Assembly (NCBI GenBank): GCA_964016885.1
Contig: OZ024740.1
Span: 391,592,001 to 391,656,000, forward strand
Reading direction: 5' to 3'
Source of the DNA: Eledone cirrhosa
Taxonomy: Eukaryota
DNA length: 64,000 nucleotides
The notes under the pieces were generated by a model that was given only the letters and a program-made list of their open reading frames with translations, did no database searches and had not been told where the DNA came from. The translations under genes were made by a program, and so were the position numbers. The first letter of the stretch is position 1; every line of letters starts with the position of its first letter. Shown here one piece after another: positions 1 to 13,793 of the stretch.

Positions 1-2
1 AT

Positions 3-854
3 TACAATGAAGCGTTAGGTAGAGCCGGGTATAGAAATAAAATTAAATACATCGATAATAATAATAATATACAAAATAACCAAAATAATAACAACTTTAA
101 TTATGGTAACAATTTCAACAACCATAATAGAAAATATTACTATAACTCCGAAAGTCGAAAAAGAAATAGAACTAGGAATATATTATGGTTCGCTCCCCCT
201 TTCTCACTAAATATTAAAACCCCTATTGCTAAACTATTCTTTAAAGCTCTTGACAAACGATTCCCTAGAATACATAAATATTACTCAATTTTTAATAGAC
301 ATACTATAAAATTAACCTACTCTTCCACCAAAAATTTAGCGCAAAATATTAATAGAATTAATAATAGAAATTTAAAACCTAACCACAATACCAATAATAA
401 CCCAAGCAATATTCAATCGAATAACTGTAACTGTAGAAATAAATCCAACTGTCCGTTAAATAACAACTGCTTAGCTAAAAATGTAGTTTATAATTGTAAT
501 ATTAAAACTAATTTATATTCATTTAACTATGTCGGTTCTACCTCTACAGAATTTAAATCCCGCTTCAATAATCATAAAAATTCTTTTACAGATCAAAACA
601 AAAAATCTTCAACTTCGCTACCTAGCCTATTATGGGACCTAAAACGAGATAATGTTGAATATTCGCTGATTTGGAATATTATTTCATAAGCTACTCCTTT
701 TAATTCCTCTTCAGAAAATTGTGACCTTTGTATAGAGGAAATATTTTTTATATTAAAGACCAAAAATTCCCTTAATTTAAGGAATAATTTATTCAGTTGC
801 TGCAGGCATAGATTGAACTCAACGCTTAAATATAAATATAAATTTAAAATGTAG
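3..854 (+). pseudogene. Penelope-like element (Naiad-type) C-terminus: RT thumb/linker plus GIY-YIG endonuclease, one in-frame TAA
   Basis: Manual translation of frame +3 (absent from ORF track): YNEALGRAGY..RNILWFAPPFS..CNCRNKSNCPLNNNC..VVY..YVGST..FKSRFNNHKNSF..CDLCIEE..LNLRNNLFSCCRH; TAA at 687-689, TAG at 852-854; runs off window start. Confidence 0.85.
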
Positions 855-2748
855 TTTAATTAATTAAGTAATTTAGTTAATATATCTAACCTGTCGATAA
901 ATCATTAGATTCCTTCACCTTTTTCATTTTCTTTGGTTAAGTACCCAAATATAAATAAATATAATAAACTATTCTAGAAAAGTTTATCCTTTCAATATCT
1001 TGAATAAAATATACGTAAGATAAATCTCTATACTAAACATATTATTTTAGCTTAAAATATTCTATAATATTTAAAGAGTTTTTAAAACTTTTTAAAAAAT
1101 TTTTGGAGTTGTTGAAATTTTAAAGATTTTTTAAAAAATTTTTTGAAATTTTTTAAGGTTTTTTAAAATTTTTTAAAATTTCTTTATTTTTTATATTTAT
1201 TTTAAAACTTTTTAATATTTTGATATCTGTAGAATCCTTGTTTTTTAAGTTATATTGATATAATATTTTATTTTTTATTAGATTTATTTTTTATTAGATT
1301 CATTTTATTTATTTTTTTATTAGATTCATATTATTTTTTATTTTTATTTTTATTTTTATTAGATTTGTTTTTATTAGATTTGTTTTTATTCAGATAGCTT
1401 CTCATAATTTTTATTAGATTTATTTTTTATTCTGATAGCTTCTCATAATTTTCAAAAGTTTGTCCTTTCAATATCTTGATAAAAATATACGTAAGATTAA
1501 TTTCTATACTAAATATATTAAACATATTATTTTAACTTAAAATATTCCATAATATTTTGGGATATTTTAGTATTTTGATATTTGTAGAATTCGTTTGCTT
1601 TTTAAGTTATATTGATATAATTATATTTCCAAAATATAATCCTTTTGTATTTTATATACTCAATTGTACTATGTTATATGTTAATTATATCTATATACGG
1701 CTAATGTATCTATATGTGTGTGTTGACATACATATACATGTGTTATATGTTTTTTATGATTATATGTCTGTCTGTATATATGCATGAGTGACGCGTGTAT
1801 ACCAATTGAAGATGCACACATATCTATTCATGTATAGCTAAGAATTATAGATGTGAATGTACAGGCTTACACATGCAGTTTTTGATTGCAGATATGCATA
1901 ACTTAACAGCCATAAATGCATGAAAGTTAATCCCATATATTTATATATATATACTAAAAACTTTTAATTTTTAATTAATAACACAGGGAATGTATGGCAA
2001 AAAATCACTTATGCTTTGTATATATATATTATGTGCGGGAGTAGATATAATGTGTATTTTCTGAGTGAGTGTGTATATATATATATATTTATGTACCTTT
2101 GCCTATGTGTATGTAATATGCGATAGATAATCTCTCTAGCAATATATATATTTTATAATGTTTAAATTCCAATTTTTAATATATTGATCTCAATTTTAAA
2201 CTAAATATCTAATCATAATTAAACAATGTGTAATTTCTCATATTATATATCTATATTCCATTCATGAATATTAATATTTCTAATTTTATTTATGCTTTTC
2301 ATCCCAATTGTTAACTCAACTTAATATGACATAACTTAAGGCTTTCGTTCTCTCCCCCTCTCTCTATCTCTATATATCTCTTTCTGGATTTTTTTTCTCT
2401 GTATGATGGTTTGATATCTCCCCGTTATTTTTCCTCTGTTCTCTTTTCTTTTTGTTTTCTTCTTTTTCTTTATCTATCTCTCCCTTTCTTTTCTCCACGT
2501 TTCTCTCTCTCTCTCCATCCTTTTACTTACTCTTAACACTATGACTTACTAAAGTAAACAAACCACTATCCTGATGGCCTCCAAAAACAACGGTCAATTT
2601 TTAAAAGGGGTACGTCAATGTCTATTTATAAAACTGTTATATTGTATTTTGTCTGATGAAGGCATACCATAATGTAACTTGGTATCCTTGAAATATATAT
2701 AATGAAATAAATATGGTTTTATAAATATAGTTTCCATTTATTAATATC

Positions 2749-2750
<2 letters not shown>
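855..2750 (+). mobile_element. Long AT-rich 3' region of the Naiad-type element, ending in a hammerhead and (TA)n
   Basis: Both ends are homologous to the minus-strand copy at 13794-15527; hammerhead core at 2653-2701; abuts (TA)n. Confidence 0.7.
2647..2707 (+). ncRNA. Minimal type-I hammerhead ribozyme motif
   Basis: ttttgt-CTGATGA-aggcatacca..tggtatcctt-GAAA-tatata-TA-atgaaa. Confidence 0.7.
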
Positions 2751-3215
<465 letters not shown>

Positions 3216-3952
3216 TGAGACGTACACGAGGGAAAAAAGTACTTTTCTCTCGGATCTTTCTATTTAAATTAACTGTATAGAACAAGATTACTCAATATGT
3301 GCAATCTACCGGACTTGCAATGCTATTGTACTTCATTGTGCATCCGCAACAAAGAGAGAATAACAGTTTCCATCAGTGCTGTAACGAAAAACAGAAAACA
3401 ATCTATGAAATGCTTTTCTTATATGAAAATTCTGTTTCAATGAAAGCTATGAGAATATCGCAAAAGTGTGCGCGCAAGTATACTCTCCTGAAATTTAATG
3501 CACCCAAAATTTTATTTATACTCACACACATAATTATTTTTTTCCTTTTTAATAGACGTATTTTACAGAGGTGAGTATTGGGATTTTGTGATGTTTATGT
3601 CATTCTCTAAACCCTTACGGTTTTCAGTCATATTGTGCTGGATGATCTTCATTTATATAGTAGCATACACATGGTTTGTCTAAGATCTGACCATTCTCTA
3701 AATATCACACTAAGGAAACAATATTTTGCTGACAGTTTGTCTTCCACAAAACCCATCTATTTTAGGAAAAAAGTCGAAAACAGGATATTTTGTTGTCCAT
3801 GTATTTCCTATTATCATTAGTAGGGTTATTACAGACATTTGTGAATTCTGTGTGGAGTTAGAGCTGATAAATTTGAACATGGATGCCTTGTCGTCTTTAT
3901 ACCTAACTGTGTTATCGCCCCTTGAGTCAAGTTTGTATTTTGTATTTTTAAA

Positions 3953-4440
3953 TAATTGTTTCTACTTTTGGCACAAGGACAACAATTACCCAGTACATTA
4001 CTGGTACTTTATTTTATCGACCCCGTAAGGATGAAAGGCAAAGTTAACCTCGGCGGGATTTGAACTCAGATCATAAAGGGACATAACTCTTTGTTGCAAA
4101 GCATGGCATCAGACCCTCTACCGATACTGCCAATCCACCATCCATTAGAGTTTCTAATTTTGGCACAAGGCCAGTGATTACCCCAGTGCATCACTGGTAC
4201 TTTCATTTTATCGACCTCGTAAGTGAAAGGTAAAGTAAACCTCGGCGGATTTGAACTCAGAACGCAAAGGGCCATGCTGCAAAGCATGGTGTCTGACGCT
4301 CTACCGATACTGCCAAACCACCGCCCCATTTTGAAATAATTGTTTCTACTTTTGGCACAAGGCCAGCAATTATCCAGTACATTACTGGTACTTTATTTTA
4401 TCGACCCCGTAAGGCAAAGTTAACCTCGGCGGGATTTGAA
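3953..4440 (-). mobile_element. Three tandem tRNA-type SINE copies (MetaSINE-like core): 3953-4140, 4150-4327, partial 4338-4440
   Basis: Reverse complement shows A box TGGCAGTATCGG, B box GAGTTCAAATCC and core GCCTTTCATCCTTACGGGGTCGATAAAA. Confidence 0.85.
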
Positions 4441-5351
4441 ATACTGATGAAACAAGTGTAGTTTAAATTACTGAAGCCAATTGACCGATTAAACCATTGA
4501 GGAAGATACTCTAGCATGGCCGCAGTACAGTGACTGAAACCAGTCAAATAAATATAATTTGAAATGAGAAGAAACCAAGAAACTAACATTGTTAGCCAAT
4601 TAATCAATACTGATTATCAATGAAATTGGAAATATATAAAAACGAAATGCCCATCGAGAAATACAAATTTAAAGTCTTAAGAAGGTGACAGTTTTCTCTT
4701 AGTTATTCTGCAGTTTTCTGTTCAGTAGATTAGATAATGAAGCGAACAGAATTTTAGGACCTGATTTGTAAATATTAGTTCATTCAGGAATTCTCACTTT
4801 GAAAGAGGAATCATACGGAAAGAAAATAAAAGCTTTATTAGTTGATAACGACTAGGCGTATTTAATATTAATGTGCTTCTTGTGAAAAGGATATAGATGA
4901 TTTCAAAAGAAATTATTCATAGAAGTTACTCAGAAGATAAACTTAATTAAGAGGTATTAACACAAATGATGGCTATTCACCTTTTCATATCATCTTAACA
5001 GGGACAAAAGTTTTCTTAGTGAAAGAAATCTATTTTATCTTTAGACGTAAATAGTTATATATATCTAGTGGAAGACGAAGATATTCTTAGCTTTCATTTG
5101 GTATCTTATGAACGGAATACATTTGTAATTATTGCCTTGAATATACCTGATTTATGAAAATATTTATGCGTAAACAAACGATCATTAAATACTTAATGAG
5201 CTTGCATATTTATAATTTGCGAAAATGCTTATTGCCTAAATTAGTGAGTTAATAGTATCAGAAGTAATTATCACAGTTTTAGCGAAGTTGTTCGTCGATC
5301 AATGTGATCGGGTATATGTTTTTATGGTACAACCTCCCAGTAAGAAGCTGG

Positions 5352-5453
<102 letters not shown>

Positions 5454-5465
5454 CAATGATGCAAT

Positions 5466-5593
5466 GATATTAAATAAATGGAAACTATATTTATAAAACT
5501 ATATTTATTCTATTATATATATTTCAAGGGTACCAAAAATTTGGTACGCTCTCATTAGATAAAATACAAAGTTTGTTTTATAAATATTGACAT
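5466..5593 (-). mobile_element. Solo 3' end of the Naiad family with degenerate hammerhead (CTAATGA)
   Basis: Homologous to 2615-2750 and 13794-13940; adjoins (TA)n. Confidence 0.7.
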
Positions 5594-5693
5594 AATAAGC
5601 AAGAAAGAAGAACTTAACGGTTCAAGTTTTTCCTGGATAGTAAAGGAAACATTTCTATTGGTTGAATTACCAACAAATTGAATATCCCTTTTG

Positions 5694-5767
<74 letters not shown>

Positions 5768-5876
5768 AAATCGTTAAGCTGCAATGAATTATGAATTTGA
5801 ATTATAATTAAGAATAAGATTTTTGTGATACTATTATAAAGATGAATATATATATATATATCTGTTATTTTAATAA

Positions 5877-5914
<38 letters not shown>

Positions 5915-5969
5915 TTATGTATATATTATAAAGTGTACGATAAAGTTATATATTTATATATATAGCGTG

Positions 5970-6572
5970 TGTAACCGAGACTGTACCAACATGTAGAAAT
6001 ATATATATATATATATATACATGTCTAATATGTAAACATGTAAACGTGCCAGAAAATATAAATTTCTCTGTACATTGAAAACATGATAAACAGCTTTTAT
6101 CGATTTTCGGATCTTACTAGGCCCTCATCAAAGGCGCGTATATCATCCAAACAATTATAAGGAAACGCAGATTTGATGTACTTATATACCCCTTCACTCT
6201 TAGTATTATTCTGAAATGACGTACTAATTTGCATATTAAAAGTATGTATATTTGTATAGACATTGATGAGTCTCGGTTATTCACTTTCTATATACAGATA
6301 CAACTTAATCTTACACTTCGGCGGCTAGCGCTTTTCTTAATATATATCTTAACTAACTACCAACACAAGCGCTAATTATATGCAAATTAGTTCGTCCATT
6401 TCAGAATATAACTAAGATTAAATGTATATAAAAGCCCATAAAATACGCGTTTCCTTGTGGGTGTTTGGATGATGTACACACCTTCTGGGTCAAAGAAATC
6501 GATTAAAAGTGTTTAATATGCCTAGAAACGTATTTATTTATTTACATATTGGTGCAGTCTCGGGTACTCATT
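5970..6572. repeat. Old, diverged fold-back element (arms ~5970-6238 and ~6375-6572) with hammerhead remnant at 6092-6135 (-)
   Basis: Matching inverted blocks gagactgtaccaacatgta/tacatattggtgcagtctc and tattctgaaatgacgtactaatttgcatat/atatgcaaattagttcgtccatttcagaata; minus strand TTGATGA..GAAA-ATCGAT-A. Confidence 0.65.
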
Positions 6573-6712
6573 CTGTAAACATACAGATATAATTATACAT
6601 ATACTTGAAAAGGCTTATTGAAAACCCAAGCCAAAACCGGTCGGGATTTTACACATCTCTATAACCACTCTACATCTCCCCATATAGTGGTCTCCTCGGT
6701 CTCAGCACCACA

Positions 6713-6788
<76 letters not shown>

Positions 6789-7799
6789 TGTGCATGTGTG
6801 TGTGTATATATACATATTTATGTAAGTATATATTAGGTTATGTTCTATTGTTAGCTAAGTTCAAATTCTGGTGGTGAAAATTTGATTTCCATTCCTTTGT
6901 AGTTAACAAAATAATTGCCAAATATATACTGGACTGGTCGACCCATTATGTACAAGACAGGTGTTTCTGTTGAAAGTTTATGAATAATTATTAAATTGTA
7001 CTATCTAAACTTATTATTCTTTTAAAAAATACATATTTTCATATAGAAAACATAATTATCTAACCAATAAACGAAGGAGAAAATCGAAATGTCTACTCAC
7101 TCGCTCTATTGAAACAGCTGCAGTTGTTATATAGTAAAAAAAATATTTTTATGGAAGATAATTAATGTTTGATTGGAGACCAACTTAATATTTCTAAATT
7201 AAGATTACCGAACATAATTGAAATAGAAAATACATCTCAGCGAACAAATTAAGCCTTAGTCTGCTACTTCATTCGATTTATCCTAAAGCATTTCAAGGTT
7301 GCTGTTGTTGTTATTCATTTTTTTGTTTTGTTTTTATGAATCTCAATGAAGTCAAATTTTGCATTTGTAAAAAATCAAGACTAGCTTCAATATCCGTTAT
7401 TGCTGAACAGTAATTTGTATTTGTCATTCTCTGTCAATAGACTGATGGGTAAGTTCTAGCGCAGACTTAAACATGTAAACATATTGATTTAGAGCTATAT
7501 GAAGCAATGAAACAAACTTTAATTGCTAAAAATCAGGCAAGATATAACATTTTAGAGAAAGATGTAGAAATATAATAATTCTGTCTTTTCCAAAAGCGTT
7601 AGAAATCTAGCTTCGAGCAGCAATTTAAAATGGGCTATGTTTCAACAAAGGGTTGTTTCCCGTAAAAAGTTTAATATGCTAGAGAATTAGTAGTAGTAGT
7701 AATGGAAATATTGTTTTGTGATTTTAACTGCAATGTTCAATAACAGCTTCTCTCAATTTAACTCTTAAGAATATACATTCTTAAATTAATAGTAGTATA

Positions 7800-7980
7800 T
7801 TGGCAGTATCGGTAGAGGGTCGGACACCATGATTTCTAGCATAGAGTTACGGCCCTTGCCATTCTGAGTTCAAATCCCGCCGAGGTTAACTTTGCTTTTC
7901 ATCCTTACGGGGTCGATAAAATAAAGTACCAGTAATGTACTAGTTAATTGCTGGCCTTGTGCCAAAAGTAGAAACAATTA
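7800..7980 (+). mobile_element. tRNA-type SINE (MetaSINE-like)
   Basis: A box, B box, conserved core, 3' end ccaaaagtagaaacaatta. Confidence 0.9.
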
Positions 7981-9274
7981 TTTAATTGCATAATATATTT
8001 GTACATAATATATTTCGATATGAAAGCGGGATGCTTCCTCAAACGCGACATGGGTAAAATAAATTGTCACACGACTGGGAGTCACGTTTAATGTATCTTT
8101 ACTTTTAATATCCAAGACGAGTTGCTGAAAATGCAATATCCTGCGTTTTAGTGCTTAGAAGCCGGACTGTTCTGTTTGTTATGTTATTATCAACAATAAT
8201 TTATCAATTTATCCTGTTGGCTTCCAATTCGACAAGAATGAAATAATACAGCAAATAACACTGAGTGTATTGTTCTTTGAACAATCTCTATTCAGTCGTG
8301 CCAAATTCTTACCACGACCAGCAGTGTCTATATGAACACCGATATAGATTCTAATCCCAGGAGAGACGAGCAATGAATGTTGTTACTACACAAGATATTG
8401 GCAGAGTGTATTAATGTCAAGGCAATTAGCTAAATCATTCATTTCTTTGTTCACGTTTGCGAACCGTGCTGACAATTGAGTTTAAATTGCTGTGTGCGAA
8501 TATAAAAGGAAAGAACTCTATAGAAGAGAACGTGTGTGTGCTTCAGATTTTAAGTACTTCTATTTCTTTGCAATAAGGGTTGGCAGAAACCACTATATTA
8601 CTAGAGCCAATAAAGCCTTTGAAAAATTCTATGCTGCTTAGAAGTTATTTCATATTTTTATTACAAAAAGTAAGGTTAGTATTACGGTTAAGTTTTATTG
8701 ATCATAGAACACGTCACAAATTATTAACTCCGGCGCTCAGCCACATACCCATAACATTTCCTTTTTCCGGTTTGAAGTAAGGTAAATATCAAACAAAATG
8801 CAGCAGTCCCATCTTTTGATATGTTATTCATCCGCTGGTAAAATAATAAATGGTTTGTGGAATAGTCAGTCTGTTTAGCATAAATATTTGATAGGAACAA
8901 TGTTTATGCCATTGCACGAAACCATTAGAACATAAAACGACAGGTTGTAAATATTGAGTCAATTAACTAATACTAGTTTATACCACTTAAGTTAATGTTA
9001 TAATGACACTTCTAAGTAACTTTGAAACAACAGATGCAGTATCCGAATGTTCTGTTTCCTTTGATGTAAGTTCATTTCCTGTTTGTGCCGTTTTACACTG
9101 ATTACTTATTGTTCGATTATGCCATGTTATATAATAAGCTATAAGCATTTTTTTTTGTATTAGCTGAATTTCAATGATTAATAGTTCATATTGTTTTACT
9201 GTTTTCTTTCATTTATTTGTAGCCATACTAACGCACCACCATGTTCTCCAGTTTTGGTAGCATTACTTACATGA

Positions 9275-9432
9275 GAGGCAGCAAATTGGCAGAGTCGTTA
9301 GAAGTCAGATAGAATGCTTTGTGGTATTCGTTTTGCCTCTTTACTCTCTGAATTCAATTCCCGCCGAGGTCAACTTTACTTTTCATCCATTCCAGGTCGA
9401 TAAAAAGGACCGGTCCAGCACTGGAGTCGATT
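9275..9432 (+). mobile_element. Diverged SINE of a related subfamily
   Basis: ttggcagagtcgttag..cccgccgaggtcaactttacttttcatcc..ggtcgataaaa. Confidence 0.7.
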
Positions 9433-11563
9433 CTTCTTCTATATCTCTTTCTCACTTCCATTCTCTCACTCTGGGAGAAGGATAGAGAGAGAAAATAGGC
9501 TTCCTCAGGTTTTAAAAATGCTCTAGAAACGCCGTGTAACAATACGGCGCCACCTCTGAATACCTTAGGAGTTATGGGACCGCGCATGCACTTACACGAG
9601 AACTCAATATTCTCCTGGATAAAATCGTGTGGCTAACGATTCCACTCGTCAAATCTAATGTTTTCTTTTACAGCTATGTTGGATTGAATAAATTGACTAC
9701 AGAAATAATACAGAGCTGAAGACAAACCACAAAAGCTCGACCTTTCGGCTAATGGTCTGCTAACCTACCAATTTCATCTATATCAGATGTGGGATTTTGT
9801 AGATGAACGACGAAATGTTTTGACCTTTTATATTATACGATACTATCAAGTAATAAAACAAAAGTAAATGTAACATTATATGTGTGTTTTAATGGCTATC
9901 ATTACTATTACACAATGTAATTATTTCAGTTTCAGCACATGATCTTAGGTAAAATCACTAGCTAAACAATAACACAAAATAGTTAAATGTTTATCAAGTT
10001 AGATGACACAAGATACTTTTTAACGGGAGGAGCTGCTTTAAAAATAATATCTTATTCTAATAGTATCCTTGTTCTTCACATTGTTCATGCTGAATGTTTT
10101 CTTTCTTTTACATTTTCTTCTTTCTTTTGCTATTATGATACTGTAAATGTGTTTTGAAAATTTGAATAGAATAAATCATAATCTTTTATTTTTGATAAAC
10201 GAAGGAAGAGAGCAGTTCGCAATACTGAAACGGTGGGCACAGCAGAGTTGGTAGAATCTAATCAGAGAGATTTCCATCAGCACACGTTGTGATATACGAT
10301 CTGGCAGGAATACACTGATTCAAGTGATGGGGGACGAGTGGAATGCGGAGAATACCAGCACTTGCTAACACCAATTTTCTCGAAAGCTATGTACCAGTGG
10401 TGTGTACATTAGGAAAGTGGGTCGCCAGTAAAAGGTGATGGATTTCTAGATTAAACACCTTAAAATAGTTTACGTCTTTGTATTTCACCAGGAGCTAATG
10501 TGCTTCTCATCCATTTGGGGCAGATAGAAACACACTAGTAACATACTAGCATTTATTAAATAGAATATAACCCTTTCCTATAAACAACATTGCACTTAGT
10601 AAATAAACCAATATACATAGAATGGCCTAGACTCCATACGATTAAACAATCGTTTCCTTTAAGTGAGTGTAAATATATAGGGCTAAAATTATACATAAAT
10701 GTATATCTAGCAACTATGGATTGCTATTAATTACATTGAAAACAGAAACCCCAAAATGAATATATACGAATCGTGTGCATAAGCAAACCGGCATTAGGTA
10801 TTGGTAAATCTTGAACTTGGAGCTTAATATTCCTATCGCGGGGAAAGTCTTAATTTTCATCTCATAAATGCAGTTGAATGTCCTTGTACATAAGTTCAAT
10901 TTTCGGTATCGAATATTTGCGAAAATTAAATTATGACTAGCGAGGCGTTAAAATAATCTAAATAAATAAGGATTTTAACGAGTAGATTTTCTTGGACATT
11001 ATCTAATATTGAACCATTTGGTGAAACTTTATACTCCGGGTAATAGAACACTAGGAAATACAATTATATATAATTACTAGAAAATACGTTAACCATGACT
11101 ATAGAAGCAATAAAATACACCTTCTAGTAAGATAATGAAAATATTACACTAGTGGTACTTATAATCTCCCTGTCTTGAAGAAAAATTATGAATATGATAG
11201 CAACAGAAGTAAACACAAATATATTGTTGAAGAAGACTGATAGATTCTTTTCTGTTGTTATTTATATCTGATACAGAATGTATGTTGTGTTCGAGCTGGT
11301 AAACATTATATGAAAAGACTGACAATAAATATTTGCTATGTGTAGAACAGATGATCAAAATGAAATTAAAAAGAATCCATTGTCACTCTCACCCTGTCTT
11401 TTTCTTTTTCTTTTCTCTCTACTTCGCTTTGTCTACTTAATTATCTTTATATGTCCCTAAATATACTATTATTTTTATTTCTTCGTTTATACTCTTCCAC
11501 ACTCTCATTCACTCTCTTATACAACCTAATGAAGTAAAAATGACCTAAAATCTCATATACATC

Positions 11564-11685
<122 letters not shown>

Positions 11686-12317
11686 CAAATTTATACGGGA
11701 ACAATATATATATATATATATATATCTTTCCCTCCCCCATCTAGCTCTCCATCCATCTTTCTATTTATCTATCTCCATATAATATCTCTTTATTTATTCC
11801 CTATCAGGCTATTTTGCTTTCTGTGACTATTTATATATCCATTTTTTCCTCTTTTTTATTTTCCCTCTTTCTTCTACTATTCCACTTTCCCTGAATTGTA
11901 AGCATTATTTTCCTCGGATATTTATGTCTTGTTGCTTCACCTACCTTACCAAACACTCATTCTCTCTCCTCCTCCTCTCTCTCTTTTTCTCTGCCTCCCC
12001 TCTCTTTCCCCCTCTTCCTCTTCTTATACATTCATATCTCTTCTGTATCCTGGTTAATTCTCTATCTGTTCATGATATCCTCTCTATTTCCCTAATTAAT
12101 ACAGTTTCATAAACTTCTGCCCGAGTAAGCATAACAGTAAAAAGAGAAATTATGGAAGAAAGATGGCGAGTGTTTCGTGCTTGTCGTCTTGATAGACATA
12201 TATACTCTGTTATTTCTCCCTGATTTCTTTAAAAACAATGCAAATTGTGAGTTATTAAACCGCATCAACAATAACATTGTGTATTACCGTTTTTGAAATG
12301 ATTGGATATAGAATTAT

Positions 12318-12413
<96 letters not shown>

Positions 12414-12427
12414 ATGTATGCATGCAT

Positions 12428-12470
<43 letters not shown>

Positions 12471-12471
12471 T

Positions 12472-12670
12472 AAGGAATTGTGGTAAGGAATCAGATGGAC
12501 CACAACGCACCAGAGTACTCAATACTTAGGGTAGTAGAGTGGGAAATAGGAAAAAGTATGACCCCCGACGGCAGAGCTCAAGCCATTTCGACGGCTATTT
12601 CTGGACACAATGTCTAGAAATAGCCGTCGAAACGGCTTGAGCTCTGCCGTCGGGGTCATACTTTTTCCTA
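12472..12670 (-). mobile_element. Family A hairpin element (hammerhead stem II/III fold-back) in (TA)n
   Basis: Arms ~12547-12607 and ~12611-12670; tail shared with copies at 17761, 29050, 35730, 40988, 54148. Confidence 0.8.
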
Positions 12671-12680
12671 TATATATATA

Positions 12681-13560
12681 TTTGAAAAAAGGAAAAGAAT
12701 GACTTCACTTGTAGTTCTAAACAATTTAATTTTATGATAACATAATTTTACAATTTGGTTTTGTAGATCTAGTAAGTTCTTTGTTAACTTCGGTGGGGAG
12801 ATTTTAAAGAGTCCTGGTTAACTTTCCTGGAGAACTTTCTCGCATTCGTCGGTGGCGATTGTCAAACTGATCCCAATTGTGTTGTGATGTCTGACTCTAT
12901 ATATAAGAGATTTGGGAATATGGTGGTGGTGGTGGTGGTGGTGGTGGTGGTGGGGGGGGGGTTATGAGTGTGCGAGTGAAGGAGGAAAGAAGGAGTGAAA
13001 ACCTAGCGGACACATACGAGATATGGTGAAGTAAGGACAAGTTATCCTCCCGAGAAAATTCCAAATTAAAGAGATAACATCGGAACCGAACGAAGAAACC
13101 AAAATAAGACTAAATTTAGCACTCCAGAAACTTGAGACTGAAATCACCCTACTCTGTCTAAGAGTGCCAAAAGTTAAAGAAATTTTTGAAAAGTGCGACA
13201 CCACCATTCGAGAAGAAATAAACAAAAGAAGCAGCGGCAATGTGAGTGAAAAACTCTTTCATCTTTGGAAGAGCGATACAACCAGAGTGGAATTAAAATC
13301 AAAGAAAATCTTGGAGTCAAGAACACAATGGCTACAAGAATACGAAAAGAACTGTGGGAAAGACCAAATAAAATCCAGACAACAAGCCCATAGGAAACTC
13401 TCAAATTCGGGAAAATTCTGAAACAGAAAAAATATATAAAAATCTCCCCAACAAAGTTAACAAAGAATTTACTAGATCTGCAAAACCAAATTGTAAAATT
13501 ATAATATTATAAAATTAAATTGTTTAGAACTACCAAGGATTTCACACATTTTCCAATATA
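12681..13560. mobile_element. Inverted-repeat-bounded element (arms 12711-12805 and 13439-13533) containing a decayed ORF fragment at ~12990-13421 (+)
   Basis: ~95-bp inverted arms; interior translates LADTYEIW../VILPRKFQIKEITSEPNEETKIRLNLALQKLETEI; flanked by (TA)n. Confidence 0.6.
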
Positions 13561-13793
13561 TATATATGTGTGAAAAGATTCAGAACTCCGACGGCTGGGC
13601 TCCGGCTGTTTCGACTGCCAGATCCGAACAGCACCGAGTACTCTGGTGGGTTATGGTCCACCTGTTTTTTTACCACACCATCTCTTCTGATATATATGTA
13701 TATATATATGCAAAAGTTTTATTTAAAATTGTTGGGTTACAACAAGTAAATATTTTATAACTGATATAAAGCACTCAACAAGTTTTGGAGTAG

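Noticed and set aside
687-689. In-frame stop as selenocysteine recoding
   Set aside because: Codon is TAA, not TGA, and not at a Cys position.
7800-7880. SINE heads as tRNA genes
   Set aside because: A and B boxes are present, but I see no cloverleaf and they continue into the SINE core.
10195-10292. Short frame KRRKRAVRNTETVG suggesting a precursor cleavage site
   Set aside because: No start, clear splice acceptor or homology support.
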